DNA of 64,000 nucleotides from Candidatus Saccharimonadia bacterium (GCA_023253175.1 JALRHH010000001.1:492020-556019); one strand, 5' to 3'; positions 36,288 to 44,920 are shown, counted from the first letter of the stretch. The notes: generated by a model not told the origin, from the letters alone. Translations and numbers: made by a program.

Positions 36288-37268
36288 TTAGTTGTCTATT
36301 TTAGAAACGTAGTTATACACAATTTCTGAAAGCCGGCCGATTTCCTTACTAGCCTGCGGGTCCTTACCATCAACCATTATGCAGAGCACATAGTTACGTT
36401 TTGGCACGTATACAATGCCGCAGTCACTTTGGGTTTGCTCATTAAAAACACCAATTTTATGTGCAACCGGTGCGTGCGTAGTTGGCATATATAGCTCGAG
36501 CCTTTCGTGCGATTCGGAGTTTGCGAGATACTTCAAAGTTTCCTGCGAATGATCCTTATTGAGAAAACAGGAGAAATACAGACACTTCAATATCGATGAG
36601 TAAGATCTACTGTCGATGAGAACCTCATGCGTATTCGACTCTTTATAGTTAGCATCAATAAAGCCAAGTAAATTAGGCCGATCTGTACCCTGAGCCTTCG
36701 CCACAATATCAAACAGCATGAGAGCAGACGTATTATCAGACTTACTCAGTGCATATGACAGCGCCTCACGAACAGATAGGCGATAGCCCTCTCCTCGCTT
36801 ATACAGATCGCCATATCCGTTATTGAGCCACTCCTTCTTAAGGGGGTACGTATCATCAAGTCTTACCTTACCCTGTTCTACCGCTTTAAAAACAGCTATC
36901 GACAGGGGAAGTTTTAAGAGCGAGGCCCCGACCTGCACCTTATCTTCATTAAGACCGATGCTGGAACCAGTTGGCAGGTACTCGAAGTAAAGACTAGCGC
37001 TATTAAGGAGGCTATTCTGTGCAATATATGTCTCTAGACTTGTCTGGAGCACCCTAAAGTCAATGGCAATTTCGCTTGGATTATCAATAAGAATACGGCG
37101 GGCCAATAGATCATACTGACCGTTACGCTCAACAAGATGTTTCTCCTCACGGAGCTGCTGCCTCTGTTGGTACAGATTACCGGCCAAAAAGCTCAGTACA
37201 AAGATCACCAAGACCACTGAAATCTTGAGAATCTGAATATAACCACCACTGATTTTGGGTACACCCAT
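36288..37268 (-). CDS. Serine hydrolase, class A beta-lactamase/PBP-like, N-terminally anchored
   Basis: SxxK (GASLLKLP), SDN (LSKSDNTSA) and a KTG-like triad (HKIGVF) occur in the expected order. TM near the N-terminus (ISVVLVIFVLSFLAG). The ORF track starts at TTG 37280; ATG 37268 is preferred. Confidence 0.7.
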   Translation of the reverse strand: MGVPKISGGYIQILKISVVLVIFVLSFLAGNLYQQRQQLREEKHLVERNGQYDLLARRILIDNPSEIAIDFRVLQTSLETYIAQNSLLNSASLYFEYLPTGSSIGLNEDKVQVGASLLKLPLSIAVFKAVEQGKVRLDDTYPLKKEWLNNGYGDLYKRGEGYRLSVREALSYALSKSDNTSALMLFDIVAKAQGTDRPNLLGFIDANYKESNTHEVLIDSRSYSSILKCLYFSCFLNKDHSQETLKYLANSESHERLELYMPTTHAPVAHKIGVFNEQTQSDCGIVYVPKRNYVLCIMVDGKDPQASKEIGRLSEIVYNYVSKIDN

Positions 37269-37317
37269 AATTAAGAGCAATTATATTCCTCTATCGGTGT
37301 AGTGAATAGACTACAAA

Positions 37318-37349
37318 TTAAAAAACACCTGTGTGTTTTGCACAGGTGT
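37318..37349 (-). terminator. Rho-independent terminator after rplU
   Basis: Minus-sense ACACCTGTG-CAAAACA-CACAGGTGT followed by TTTTTAATTT. Perfect 9-bp stem. Confidence 0.75.
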
Positions 37350-37368
37350 TTTCTGAATCCAGTTTAGC

Positions 37369-37677
37369 TTACGCAATCTTAGTGATCTTGAGCTGAGTCT
37401 GGTGCTGGCGGTGGCCACGTACTGTGTGCACGCGCTTCTTAGCCTTGTAGCGGAGTGAAGTGACCTTGTCGGCCTGCACATCTGCTGCAACGATTTCTGC
37501 CGTAACTTTTGCACCCTTTACTTCAGGGGTGCCGACGGTTGTTTTATCGCCATCGATAACAAGAAGAGCGGCAAATTCTGCAGTTTTGCCTTCCTGCTTC
37601 AATAGTTCTACGCTAAGGGTTTCCCCTTCTGCAACGAGGTACTGCTTCCCACCTGTTGCAATGACTGCTTTTTTCAT
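37369..37677 (-). CDS. rplU: 50S ribosomal protein L21
   Basis: MKKAVIATGGKQYLVAEGETLSVELL...KVTSLRYKAKKRVHTVRGHRQHQTQLKITKI is a typical L21 sequence and length (102 aa). Confidence 0.95.
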   Translation of the reverse strand: MKKAVIATGGKQYLVAEGETLSVELLKQEGKTAEFAALLVIDGDKTTVGTPEVKGAKVTAEIVAADVQADKVTSLRYKAKKRVHTVRGHRQHQTQLKITKIA

Positions 37678-37746
37678 GAACTTCTCTTATAGATTAAATT
37701 TGATACCAATAGATATTAACAGATTGAGACGGATCTGTAAAGAGAG

Positions 37747-40590
37747 CTATACCTTACTTAGACTAATTTTAATGATAGATCCCTCTACCTTTGCCTCAGT
37801 AGTGAATGAACCGCCCTCTTCCATTACATCCGCCAATGTCTCTCGTTTAATCTCATCCTCAAACTCTGCAATTGCTGTGCCGAGCTCAGCATCATCAGTT
37901 TCGAGAGATAGCTTAATTCGATCATCAACATTGAGGCCAGCCTCTTTTCGGGCGTTCTGAATGTAGCGAACTACCTCTCGCATCAGACCCTCTCTTTTGA
38001 GTGCTGGCGTGACTTCCGTATCAAGAGCCAACTCTTTACCTAAAATAACTGACTTAACATTCAGTTCCTCTGTTAGGATATCTTCAAAGTCAACAAACTC
38101 ACCAAGCGCAGGAACCGTTATGCTCGCAAGTGGCTGACGCACCTTCAACTTGTTGACCGAACGTAGAGACAAGCCCTGGTTCACATACTCACGAACTGTT
38201 CCCATGTCCTTCACCACGAGCTCGTTGACGTGACCTGCCGCCGGCCAATCCTCCAAATGAACGCTCTCACCACCGGTGAGCTTCTGGTACAGCTCCTCCG
38301 CCAAGAATGGCGTAAACGGTGCCAGGACATAACTGAGACGTACTAAGACATAGTGTAGTGTCTTGTAGGCCATCAACTTGTCACCATCATCTTCGCTCTT
38401 CCAGAAACGACGGCGAGAACGGCGCACGTACCAGTTAGAGGCATCATCGATAAACGGCAAGATCGGCTTTACGGCATTTGGAATGTCGTAGTGCTCCATG
38501 TGAGTCTCAACTTCTGAGGCAAGTTGATGCACACGACTGATAATCCACTGATCGAGGGCATTCGTAGCCTCTTCGGAAGGATCCACGAGCTGTCCATCCC
38601 ACTCCCAGTTGTCAACTTCTGCATACATCGTAAAGAAGTCGTACATGTTCCAGACCATGCTGAGTTTACGGGCAACATCACCGACCTCTTTATCCTGCAA
38701 TGCGAAGTCTTCACCGTTTAAGAGCGGGCTCTGAAGCAGCAAGAACCTCAGTGAATCAGCAGAAAACTTATCCATGAGTTCATTCGGGTCAGTATAGTTC
38801 CCGTAGCTCTTACTCATTTTGCGACCATCATTTCCGGCGACGTTACCAGTTACGATAACGTTCTTAAATGAATTTTCGCCGAATAGCGCAATGCTCATAG
38901 CGTGCATGTAATAGAACCACGCACGCACCTGGCCGATATATTCGACAATAAAGTCACCTGGGAAGTTAGCTTCGAACTTCTCCTTGTTCTCGAACGGGTA
39001 ATGGAACTGTGCAAACGGCATAGAACCAGCCTCGAACCAGCTGTCCATCACCTTATCGATACGAGTATACTTCTCACCATCGATCTCAAAGGTAATCTCA
39101 TCAACCCAAGGACGGTGGTAATCTTCTAACTCTACCCCGGATAATTCCTTGAGTTCCGCATAGCTGCCAACGACCTTTGTCTTGCCACTCTCTGTCTTCC
39201 AGACGGGCATAGCAGTTGCCCAAAAGCGATCACGGCTAATATTCCAATCAGGCGCCTGTAGAACGGTTTTCTCAAAGCGACCATGCTTCACATGGGCCGG
39301 GAACCAATTAATTGGCTCATTCTTTTCAAGCATCTTCTCGCGCTGACCATCAATATTCATAAACCAACTTGGATGCGCACGGTACATGAGCCGCGTACCA
39401 CAGCGGTGACAGTGTGGGTAGCTGTGCCGGTAGTAGTCAATCTTCCAGACGGTGCCGCGCTCCTTAAGTTCTTTAGCGATCGGCTTGTTGACCTCCCAGA
39501 CGTTCTGCCCCTGCCAGTCGCCTTCGGTATAGAACCCGTTCTGATCAATCACATGAACAACTGGCACCTTGTGACTCTTGCCGAGCTCAAAGTCCTCCTC
39601 ACCGTATGCTGGAGCCAAGTGAACAATACCAGTACCAGCCTCAGCCTCGACATAGTCAGCGTGCCAAACCTTATGAGCATTTTCTCCCCTGTTAACACCC
39701 AAAAGAGGCTCGTAAGATTTACCGACCAAGTCCTTACCCTTTAGTTCACGGACAATCTCGTACTCCAAGGGCTGGTGCTTTTCATCCTGCAGTACTTTTT
39801 GTAGGAGTTCCTTTGCAAGAATGAACTGTTCATCCCCTACTTTCACCTCAACATATTCAAACGCCTTATTCACAGCCAGTGCGGTGTTTGCCGGAAGCGT
39901 CCAAGGGGTTGTGGTCCATGCCAATAGCGTTGAGCCATCATCAAGCTTAAACTTCACATACACGCTCGGATCAGTTACGTCCTGATATGCGCCAGTGTCC
40001 ATCGTCACTTCAGCCTTAGAGAGGGGCGTACCATCAAGCGTACAGTACATAAGTACCTTCTCGCCCTCATAGATGCTTCCCTTTTCGTATAAGGTCTTAA
40101 ACGCCCACCAAATGGACTCCATGTAATCCTTGTCCATGGTCTTGTAGGCACCCTTAAACTCAACCCAGCGGCCAATACGATCAATCGTGTCTTCCCATTC
40201 ACTACTGGTCTGGACCATATTTTCACGGGTAGCGGTGATATACTTTTCAATTCCATATTCAATCACCTCTTGCCGAGAGTGGATACCAAGTTTTTTCTCC
40301 GTGAAACGCTCTGCTGGAAGGCCATGACAGTCCCAGCCCCACACACGCTCTACACGCTTGCCTTTCATTGTCTGATACCGGGGCACGACATCTTTGACAA
40401 TAGAACTGAGGAGCGTCCCGTGGTGCGGCACACCAGAGATAAATGGTGGACCGTCGTAGAACACATAGCTATTATCTTTTGAGCGCTGTTCTACAGACTT
40501 CTCGAAAGTCTTGTTTTGCTTCCACTGCTGCACCAAGTCTTTCTCGTACTCAAGTGCTCGCCTGCGTGATCCTGATTTATACTTCATCAT
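37747..40590 (-). CDS. ileS: Isoleucyl-tRNA synthetase
   Basis: Class I aaRS with a HIGH-like motif (PFISGVPHHGT), KMSKS (GRKMSKSYGN) and a CP1 editing-domain region (WTTTPWTLPAN). The ORF track starts at TTG 40602; ATG-ATG at 40590 is preceded by GAAAGGAAAA. Preceded by a T-box leader with an Ile (AUC) specifier candidate. Confidence 0.95.
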   Translation of the reverse strand: MMKYKSGSRRRALEYEKDLVQQWKQNKTFEKSVEQRSKDNSYVFYDGPPFISGVPHHGTLLSSIVKDVVPRYQTMKGKRVERVWGWDCHGLPAERFTEKKLGIHSRQEVIEYGIEKYITATRENMVQTSSEWEDTIDRIGRWVEFKGAYKTMDKDYMESIWWAFKTLYEKGSIYEGEKVLMYCTLDGTPLSKAEVTMDTGAYQDVTDPSVYVKFKLDDGSTLLAWTTTPWTLPANTALAVNKAFEYVEVKVGDEQFILAKELLQKVLQDEKHQPLEYEIVRELKGKDLVGKSYEPLLGVNRGENAHKVWHADYVEAEAGTGIVHLAPAYGEEDFELGKSHKVPVVHVIDQNGFYTEGDWQGQNVWEVNKPIAKELKERGTVWKIDYYRHSYPHCHRCGTRLMYRAHPSWFMNIDGQREKMLEKNEPINWFPAHVKHGRFEKTVLQAPDWNISRDRFWATAMPVWKTESGKTKVVGSYAELKELSGVELEDYHRPWVDEITFEIDGEKYTRIDKVMDSWFEAGSMPFAQFHYPFENKEKFEANFPGDFIVEYIGQVRAWFYYMHAMSIALFGENSFKNVIVTGNVAGNDGRKMSKSYGNYTDPNELMDKFSADSLRFLLLQSPLLNGEDFALQDKEVGDVARKLSMVWNMYDFFTMYAEVDNWEWDGQLVDPSEEATNALDQWIISRVHQLASEVETHMEHYDIPNAVKPILPFIDDASNWYVRRSRRRFWKSEDDGDKLMAYKTLHYVLVRLSYVLAPFTPFLAEELYQKLTGGESVHLEDWPAAGHVNELVVKDMGTVREYVNQGLSLRSVNKLKVRQPLASITVPALGEFVDFEDILTEELNVKSVILGKELALDTEVTPALKREGLMREVVRYIQNARKEAGLNVDDRIKLSLETDDAELGTAIAEFEDEIKRETLADVMEEGGSFTTEAKVEGSIIKISLSKV

Positions 40591-40753
40591 TTTTCCTTTC
40601 AAAATAGCCTATCAGCCCTTCAAGACCTACCCTATCAAAGCCTTGAAAATGCTCCTGAATATCCCCTAATGTTTCAATGTCAGCCTCTGAGTCACTAGGC
40701 TGATCAAGCATACCTATCAATTCTCTTAGATCTAATGGCGGGAGACTGAGCAT
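40577..40753 (-). CDS. 58-codon acidic upstream ORF overlapping the ileS start
   Basis: ATG 40753 is preceded by AGGAAAGGA plus 4 nt. It encodes MLSLPPLDLRELIGMLDQPSDSEADIETLGDIQEHFQGFDRVGLEGLIGYFERKNDEV. Its last codons (...AGG AAA AAT GAT GAA GTA TAA) contain the ileS SD and ATG, a 14-nt overlap. The ORF-track GTG start (40795) lies inside the T-box helix and is rejected. Confidence 0.4.
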   Translation of the reverse strand: MLSLPPLDLRELIGMLDQPSDSEADIETLGDIQEHFQGFDRVGLEGLIGYFERKNDEV

Positions 40754-40981
40754 ATCATCCTTTCCTGTGAAAATAAAAAATCCCTTTTTAGTCACTGGAA
40801 TCCGCGTACTGCGGACGGTACCATCCAGTTTCTAAAAAGAGATTCTTTTTAGCACTTACTTGCCAGTTCTTACGCGCTGGTTTGCGGTGAGTTCTACTGA
40901 GCGTTCGCTGTTCTTCTCACTCCTCGTGGGTGATAACCACTTCTTGAATATACTCGCAATCTGATATTCAAACGGATTCTG
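40754..40981 (-). promoter_or_regulatory. T-box riboswitch leader (tRNA-Ile sensing), probably the translational (SD-sequestering) type
   Basis: Minus-sense 40828..40795 is CUGGA-UGGUACC-GUCCGC-AGUAC-GCGGAU-UCCAG. This gives helix A1 (5 bp), the canonical 7-nt bulge UGGUACC, helix A2 (6 bp) and a 5-nt loop. UUCCAGUGA (40800..40792) can alternatively pair with UCACAGGAA (40770..40762), which overlaps the SD. Upstream there is a hairpin GUGG-UUAUCAC-CCAC with AUC-A in the loop (40940..40926), an S-turn-like AGUAGAA, a CCAG...CUGG pseudoknot-like element, and the hairpin AAAAAGA-AUC-UCUUUUU. Confidence 0.75.
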
Positions 40982-40987
40982 GTAACT

Positions 40988-41016
40988 ATTGTAGACCAAT
41001 TTGCAACGTTATGCAA
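40988..41016 (-). promoter_or_regulatory. Candidate promoter of the T-box/ileS transcript (TTGCAT-N17-TACAAT)
   Basis: Minus-sense TTGCAT (41016..41011), a 17-nt spacer, then TACAAT (40993..40988). This predicts a ~228-nt leader, typical for T-boxes. Confidence 0.5.
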
Positions 41017-41280
41017 CTAGCCTCTCGCAAACGCTGCTACCTCTTGTATGAGTGGTAATTTATCATTTGCCCAGTACTGTACAAGCTGGCCATCATCACG
41101 GAGCACGAGAATAGCTGGATGAGGCATAACATCATATAGGCGCATCATATCCATGGCCCGAGGAGTGTCCACATCAATAAGTTCGAACGTTATATTCTCT
41201 TGGTGTTCCATGTCGCGCACAAACGTTTCTACTGATCGTGCCTGCTCTGACTCCGGCCTATAAATGACTACTGATCTCAT
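41017..41280 (-). CDS. Small hypothetical protein (87 aa), possibly thioredoxin-fold-like but without Cys
   Basis: ATG at 41280. MRSVVIYRPESEQARSVETFVRDMEHQENITFELIDVDTPRAMDMMRLYDVMPHPAILVLRDDGQLVQYW. The beta-alpha-beta pattern resembles glutaredoxin/NrdH-like proteins, but there is no CxxC. Confidence 0.45.
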   Translation of the reverse strand: MRSVVIYRPESEQARSVETFVRDMEHQENITFELIDVDTPRAMDMMRLYDVMPHPAILVLRDDGQLVQYWANDKLPLIQEVAAFARG

Positions 41281-41325
41281 ACTACAAGTCTAACATAAGC
41301 GTTTATGGCACTTAACCTTTTATCA

Positions 41326-41353
41326 ACTAAAAAGCGGGGAGTAACTCCCCGCT
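41326..41353 (-). terminator. Rho-independent terminator after nrdJ
   Basis: Minus-sense AGCGGGGAG-TTA-CTCCCCGCT followed by TTTTAGTTG. Perfect 9-bp GC-rich stem (41333..41341 / 41345..41353). Confidence 0.75.
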
Positions 41354-41375
41354 TTTATTTCCCGAGTGGACAATC

Positions 41376-44147
41376 CTAGCTACAGCCGGTTGTAGATCCA
41401 CATGAGGTACAGACGTAGCAGCTACCTGCTTTCTGCGTCTGGTTGCCACAGTTGTAGCAAAGTGGCGCAGTCGTGTCAGACTTCACAGCCTTAGGCTTTG
41501 CAGCGGCCGCAGGAGCAGGCTTTGGAGCCTCTATAGGAGCTGGAGCGGGTGCGATAGTAGCATCCACCTTGGCCTCTGCTGGCTGGTCTGCAAGTAGGCT
41601 TGTCTGCTCTTCTGGCATATCGTCGATTGACGCAAGGCCAAGCTCGAGACGATCATCAAATGAGAGATAGTTCAGCGCAAGACGCTTCGCCACATAGTCC
41701 ATCAGTGATGAAGCCGTACGGATTTCTGGATCATCAGTGATACCAGATGGTGCGAATGACATGCTGAGGAATGACTTGACGTAGTCCTTAAGCGGCACAC
41801 CGTGCTGCAGACCGTGGCTGATTGAAATCGCAAGTGCGTCCATGAATCCAGCCAAAGTAGAACCCTGCTTAGCAAGACGGATGAATACCTCACCAGGAGT
41901 GCCATCTTCGTATTCACCAACTGTTAGGTAGCCGTGGCTGCCTGCAACGGTGAATGAGAAGGTCTTTGAACTACGAGCCTTTGGAAGTTCGCGGCGGATT
42001 GCACCCTTCACGATGAACTTGTCGTTCAGGACATCAACTGGAGTTTCTTCTTTCTTGTCATCACCGTCTTTCTTAGCCATTGAGAGTGGCTGTGCAACCT
42101 TACAGTTGTCACGGTAGATAGCGACCGCCTTAAGGCCAAGCTTCCATGAATCGATGTGAAGCTGTTCTACATCTTCTACGGTAGCTGACTCTGGCATGTT
42201 TACGGTCTTACTGATCGCACCAGAGATAAATGGCTGTACCGCTGCCATCATCTTGACGTGACCGAGGTAGTGAATAGCGTTATCACCCATTGAACAAGCG
42301 AATACATTTTCGTGTTCTTTCTTGAGGTGAGGGGCACCTAATATTGTCTTTTCAACATCAATGTAGTTAACAATATCGTCGATTTCATCACTTGCGTAAC
42401 CAAGAGCCTTGAGTGCACGAGGCACGGTCTGGTTGACGATACTCATTGTACCACCACCAACAAGCTTCTTGACCTTCACGAGACCGAGGTCTGGTTCGAT
42501 ACCGGTTGTGTCGCAGTCCATCATCAGACCGATTGTTCCAGTTGGAGCAAGCACAGATGCCTGTGAGTTACGAACACCGTACTGGGAGCCAAGTTCTACG
42601 GCTTCGTCCCAGGCAGTTGCAGCTGCGCTGAGAAGCTCTTCTGATACAAGACCAGCGTCGATGTCATTAACTGCTGCACGGTGCTGCTTGAGCACGTTGA
42701 TCATGCCTTCCTTATCCTTGTGGAAACCAGCGAATGGTCCGACGCGGTTAGCAATCTTCGCACTTGTAGCGTATGCGTGACCAGTCATCAGGGCAGTAAT
42801 AGCCGCAGCCTGTGCGCGGCCTTCTTCTGAGTCATATGGGAGACCCTGAGCCATCAGAAGTGCACCAAGGTTTGCGTAACCGATACCGAGCTCACGGTAG
42901 GCACGAGCGTTCTTAGTAATGTCTTCTGTTGGGTACTCACTGTAGCCAACAAGGATTTCCTGAGCCGTAAAGATAAGCTCTACAGTGTGACGGAATGCTT
43001 CGATGTCAAAGCTAAAGTCATCCTTGAGGTACTTAAGGAGGTTGATTGAAGCAAGGTTACACGCTGAGTTATCAAGGTGCATGTATTCCGAACAAGGGTT
43101 AGAACCGTTGATACGACCAGCGTTTGGCGTGGTGTGCCAGTGATTAATGGTAGTGTCGAACTGCATACCTGGGTCCGCGCACTCCCATGCTGCTTCCGCA
43201 AACTGGCGGAAGAGGTCACGAGCACGAACAGTCTTCACGGTCTTACCGTTCGTAACAGCCTTAAGATCCCAGTTGTCGTCGTTTTCGACAGCTTTCATGA
43301 AGTCATCACTCACACGAACAGAGTTGTTTGCGTTCTGATATTGCACCGAGAAGTTATCCTTGCCATCGAGGCTCATGTCAAAGCCGTTCTCCTGGAGAAC
43401 ACGAGCTTTACGCTCCTCGATTGCCTTACACCAGATGAACTCTTCGACATCTGGGTGATCGGCGTTCAAGATAACCATTTTAGCAGCACGACGAGTCTTA
43501 CCACCGCTCTTAATAGCACCAGCAGACGCATCAGCACCACGCATGAAGCTGAGAGGACCTGATGCAGTACCACCGCTGTTACCAAGCTTTTCAGCAGATG
43601 AACGGATTGCACTGATGTTTAGACCAGCACCAGAGCCGCCCTTAAAGACCATTCCTTCTTCTTTGTACCAGTTGAGAATAGAAGGCATTGTGTCTTCTAC
43701 CTTAAGGATGAAACATGCGCTCGCCTGCTGAGAACGGTCCTTGAGACCGATGTTAAACCATACCGGTGAGTTGAATGCTGCACGCTGCGTTGCAAGAATG
43801 TACTTAAGCTCTTCGCGGAAGTCTTCTGCTTCTGCATCAGATGCAAAGTAAGACTCCTGAAGACCCTGACGAGTCACCGTATCAACCACACGGTCGATGA
43901 GGTGCTTCAGGCTACTCTCACGCTCTGGAGTGCCAGGAGTACCACCAAAGTACTTCTGTGCAACAATGTTAATTGCATTTAATGAAAAGTTCTCCGGAAA
44001 CTCAACGCCGAGCTGTTCAAATACAGCCTTGCCGGTCATTGGATTCGTTAAAACTGAATCACGCTTGACCCACTTGAGTTCGTCATATGCTTTGCTTTTA
44101 GGGGCAGTAAACAGACGCCTGTGCCCCAGGATAGTATTTTGTCCCAT
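41376..44147 (-). CDS. nrdJ: Ribonucleotide reductase, class II (adenosylcobalamin-dependent) type
   Basis: Active-site segment GSNPCSEYMHLDNSACNLASINL and a C-terminal Cys-rich tail CYNCGNQTQKAGSCYVCTSCGSTTGC typical of NrdJ. No adjacent beta subunit, and nrdR lies directly upstream. The ORF-track GTG 44213 is replaced by ATG 44147 (GAGGG SD; MGQNTILGHRRLF...). Confidence 0.85.
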   Translation of the reverse strand: MGQNTILGHRRLFTAPKSKAYDELKWVKRDSVLTNPMTGKAVFEQLGVEFPENFSLNAINIVAQKYFGGTPGTPERESSLKHLIDRVVDTVTRQGLQESYFASDAEAEDFREELKYILATQRAAFNSPVWFNIGLKDRSQQASACFILKVEDTMPSILNWYKEEGMVFKGGSGAGLNISAIRSSAEKLGNSGGTASGPLSFMRGADASAGAIKSGGKTRRAAKMVILNADHPDVEEFIWCKAIEERKARVLQENGFDMSLDGKDNFSVQYQNANNSVRVSDDFMKAVENDDNWDLKAVTNGKTVKTVRARDLFRQFAEAAWECADPGMQFDTTINHWHTTPNAGRINGSNPCSEYMHLDNSACNLASINLLKYLKDDFSFDIEAFRHTVELIFTAQEILVGYSEYPTEDITKNARAYRELGIGYANLGALLMAQGLPYDSEEGRAQAAAITALMTGHAYATSAKIANRVGPFAGFHKDKEGMINVLKQHRAAVNDIDAGLVSEELLSAAATAWDEAVELGSQYGVRNSQASVLAPTGTIGLMMDCDTTGIEPDLGLVKVKKLVGGGTMSIVNQTVPRALKALGYASDEIDDIVNYIDVEKTILGAPHLKKEHENVFACSMGDNAIHYLGHVKMMAAVQPFISGAISKTVNMPESATVEDVEQLHIDSWKLGLKAVAIYRDNCKVAQPLSMAKKDGDDKKEETPVDVLNDKFIVKGAIRRELPKARSSKTFSFTVAGSHGYLTVGEYEDGTPGEVFIRLAKQGSTLAGFMDALAISISHGLQHGVPLKDYVKSFLSMSFAPSGITDDPEIRTASSLMDYVAKRLALNYLSFDDRLELGLASIDDMPEEQTSLLADQPAEAKVDATIAPAPAPIEAPKPAPAAAAKPKAVKSDTTAPLCYNCGNQTQKAGSCYVCTSCGSTTGCS

Positions 44148-44273
44148 AGTACCCTCACTTATAGGTTTAATGATTAATTTTGTTGTTTGTTTAGAGTTCG
44201 CGGGTCTCTCCACCGCTCAGCTCTCCGCGAGCCTGGTAACAACCAGAATCGGGGAGAGCCGTTAAAACCCTTC

Positions 44274-44747
44274 CTAGGTCTTAACACTCCCTGTTTTTCT
44301 TTCGCGAATTTGGATCAGTTCGCGTTCGAAGCCAGCGATATCCTTGAATCTACGATATACACTCGCAAATCTTACATATGCCACTTCATTTAGTAATGCA
44401 AGTCGCTCCATAACTAACTCACCCAGTTTATTACTTGCCACTTCCGGATCACCGCACGCATGGATATGGTGCTCGATATCAGAAACAAGTCGTTCTAACT
44501 GGAGATTGGTTACTGGAGTTTTCTCAGCTGCACGATATAATCCAGCTAATAGTTTCTCTCTGCTGAATAGCTCACGGTTGCCATTATTCTTTACAACGAT
44601 AATTTGCGGTCGTTCAATTCGCTCATATGTCGTAAATCGGTTCTGGCAGTGTTCGCATGATCGGCGTCTACGTATCGCTTCGCCGTCATTTACATCACGA
44701 GATTCTATTACCTTGGTATCGGCGTGCTGACATTGACTACACTTCAT
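44274..44747 (-). CDS. nrdR: Transcriptional repressor NrdR
   Basis: MKCSQCQHADTKVIESR...RRRRSCEHCQNRFTTYE (zinc ribbon) followed by an ATP-cone (PQIIVVKNNGNRELFSREKLLAGL). ATG 44747 is preceded by GGAAGGAGG; the ORF-track start 44777 is over-extended. Confidence 0.9.
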   Translation of the reverse strand: MKCSQCQHADTKVIESRDVNDGEAIRRRRSCEHCQNRFTTYERIERPQIIVVKNNGNRELFSREKLLAGLYRAAEKTPVTNLQLERLVSDIEHHIHACGDPEVASNKLGELVMERLALLNEVAYVRFASVYRRFKDIAGFERELIQIRERKTGSVKT

Positions 44748-44872
44748 GCACACCTCCTTCCATACATACCCAGCCAAAACTGACCAAAGAATGTATAGTT
44801 AGATAAATTATGTATTCGTTTTGAACGTACCAGAACTATATTCGATCCCCATATATAGCGCTTGTAGTTATT

Positions 44873-44901
44873 ATGATAGCCCCACCAGTAGCGTTTTGCA
44901 A
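44873..44901 (-). promoter_or_regulatory. Candidate nrdR-nrdJ promoter (TTGCAA-N17-TATCAT)
   Basis: Minus-sense TTGCAA (44901..44896), a 17-nt spacer, then TATCAT (44878..44873). It lies between the ftsZ stop and nrdR. Confidence 0.4.
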
Positions 44902-44920
44902 CTAAATAACGGTGTATTAT

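Noticed and set aside
37460-37960. 166-aa plus-strand ORF and the 67-aa ORF at 37311..37514
   Set aside because: They overlap rplU, its terminator and the ileS 3' end, all of which are securely identified.
44148-44273. Cobalamin riboswitch hypothesis for the nrdR-nrdJ spacer (GGAGAGACCCGCG vaguely resembles a B12 box)
   Set aside because: At ~95 nt of structure it is too short. It lacks the GGGAA/GGUG..AAUCC/GCCACUG core elements. B12 repression of a B12-dependent RNR also makes little biological sense.
44846-44861. NrdR box upstream of nrdR-nrdJ (GCGCTATATATGGGGA, core CTATATATGG versus consensus CwAtATaTwG)
   Set aside because: Only one reasonable box is present. The canonical second box ~31 bp away is absent, and the neighbouring CGAATATAGTTC is out of phase. 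The AT-rich core could equally be promoter sequence. It remains unresolved rather than supported.
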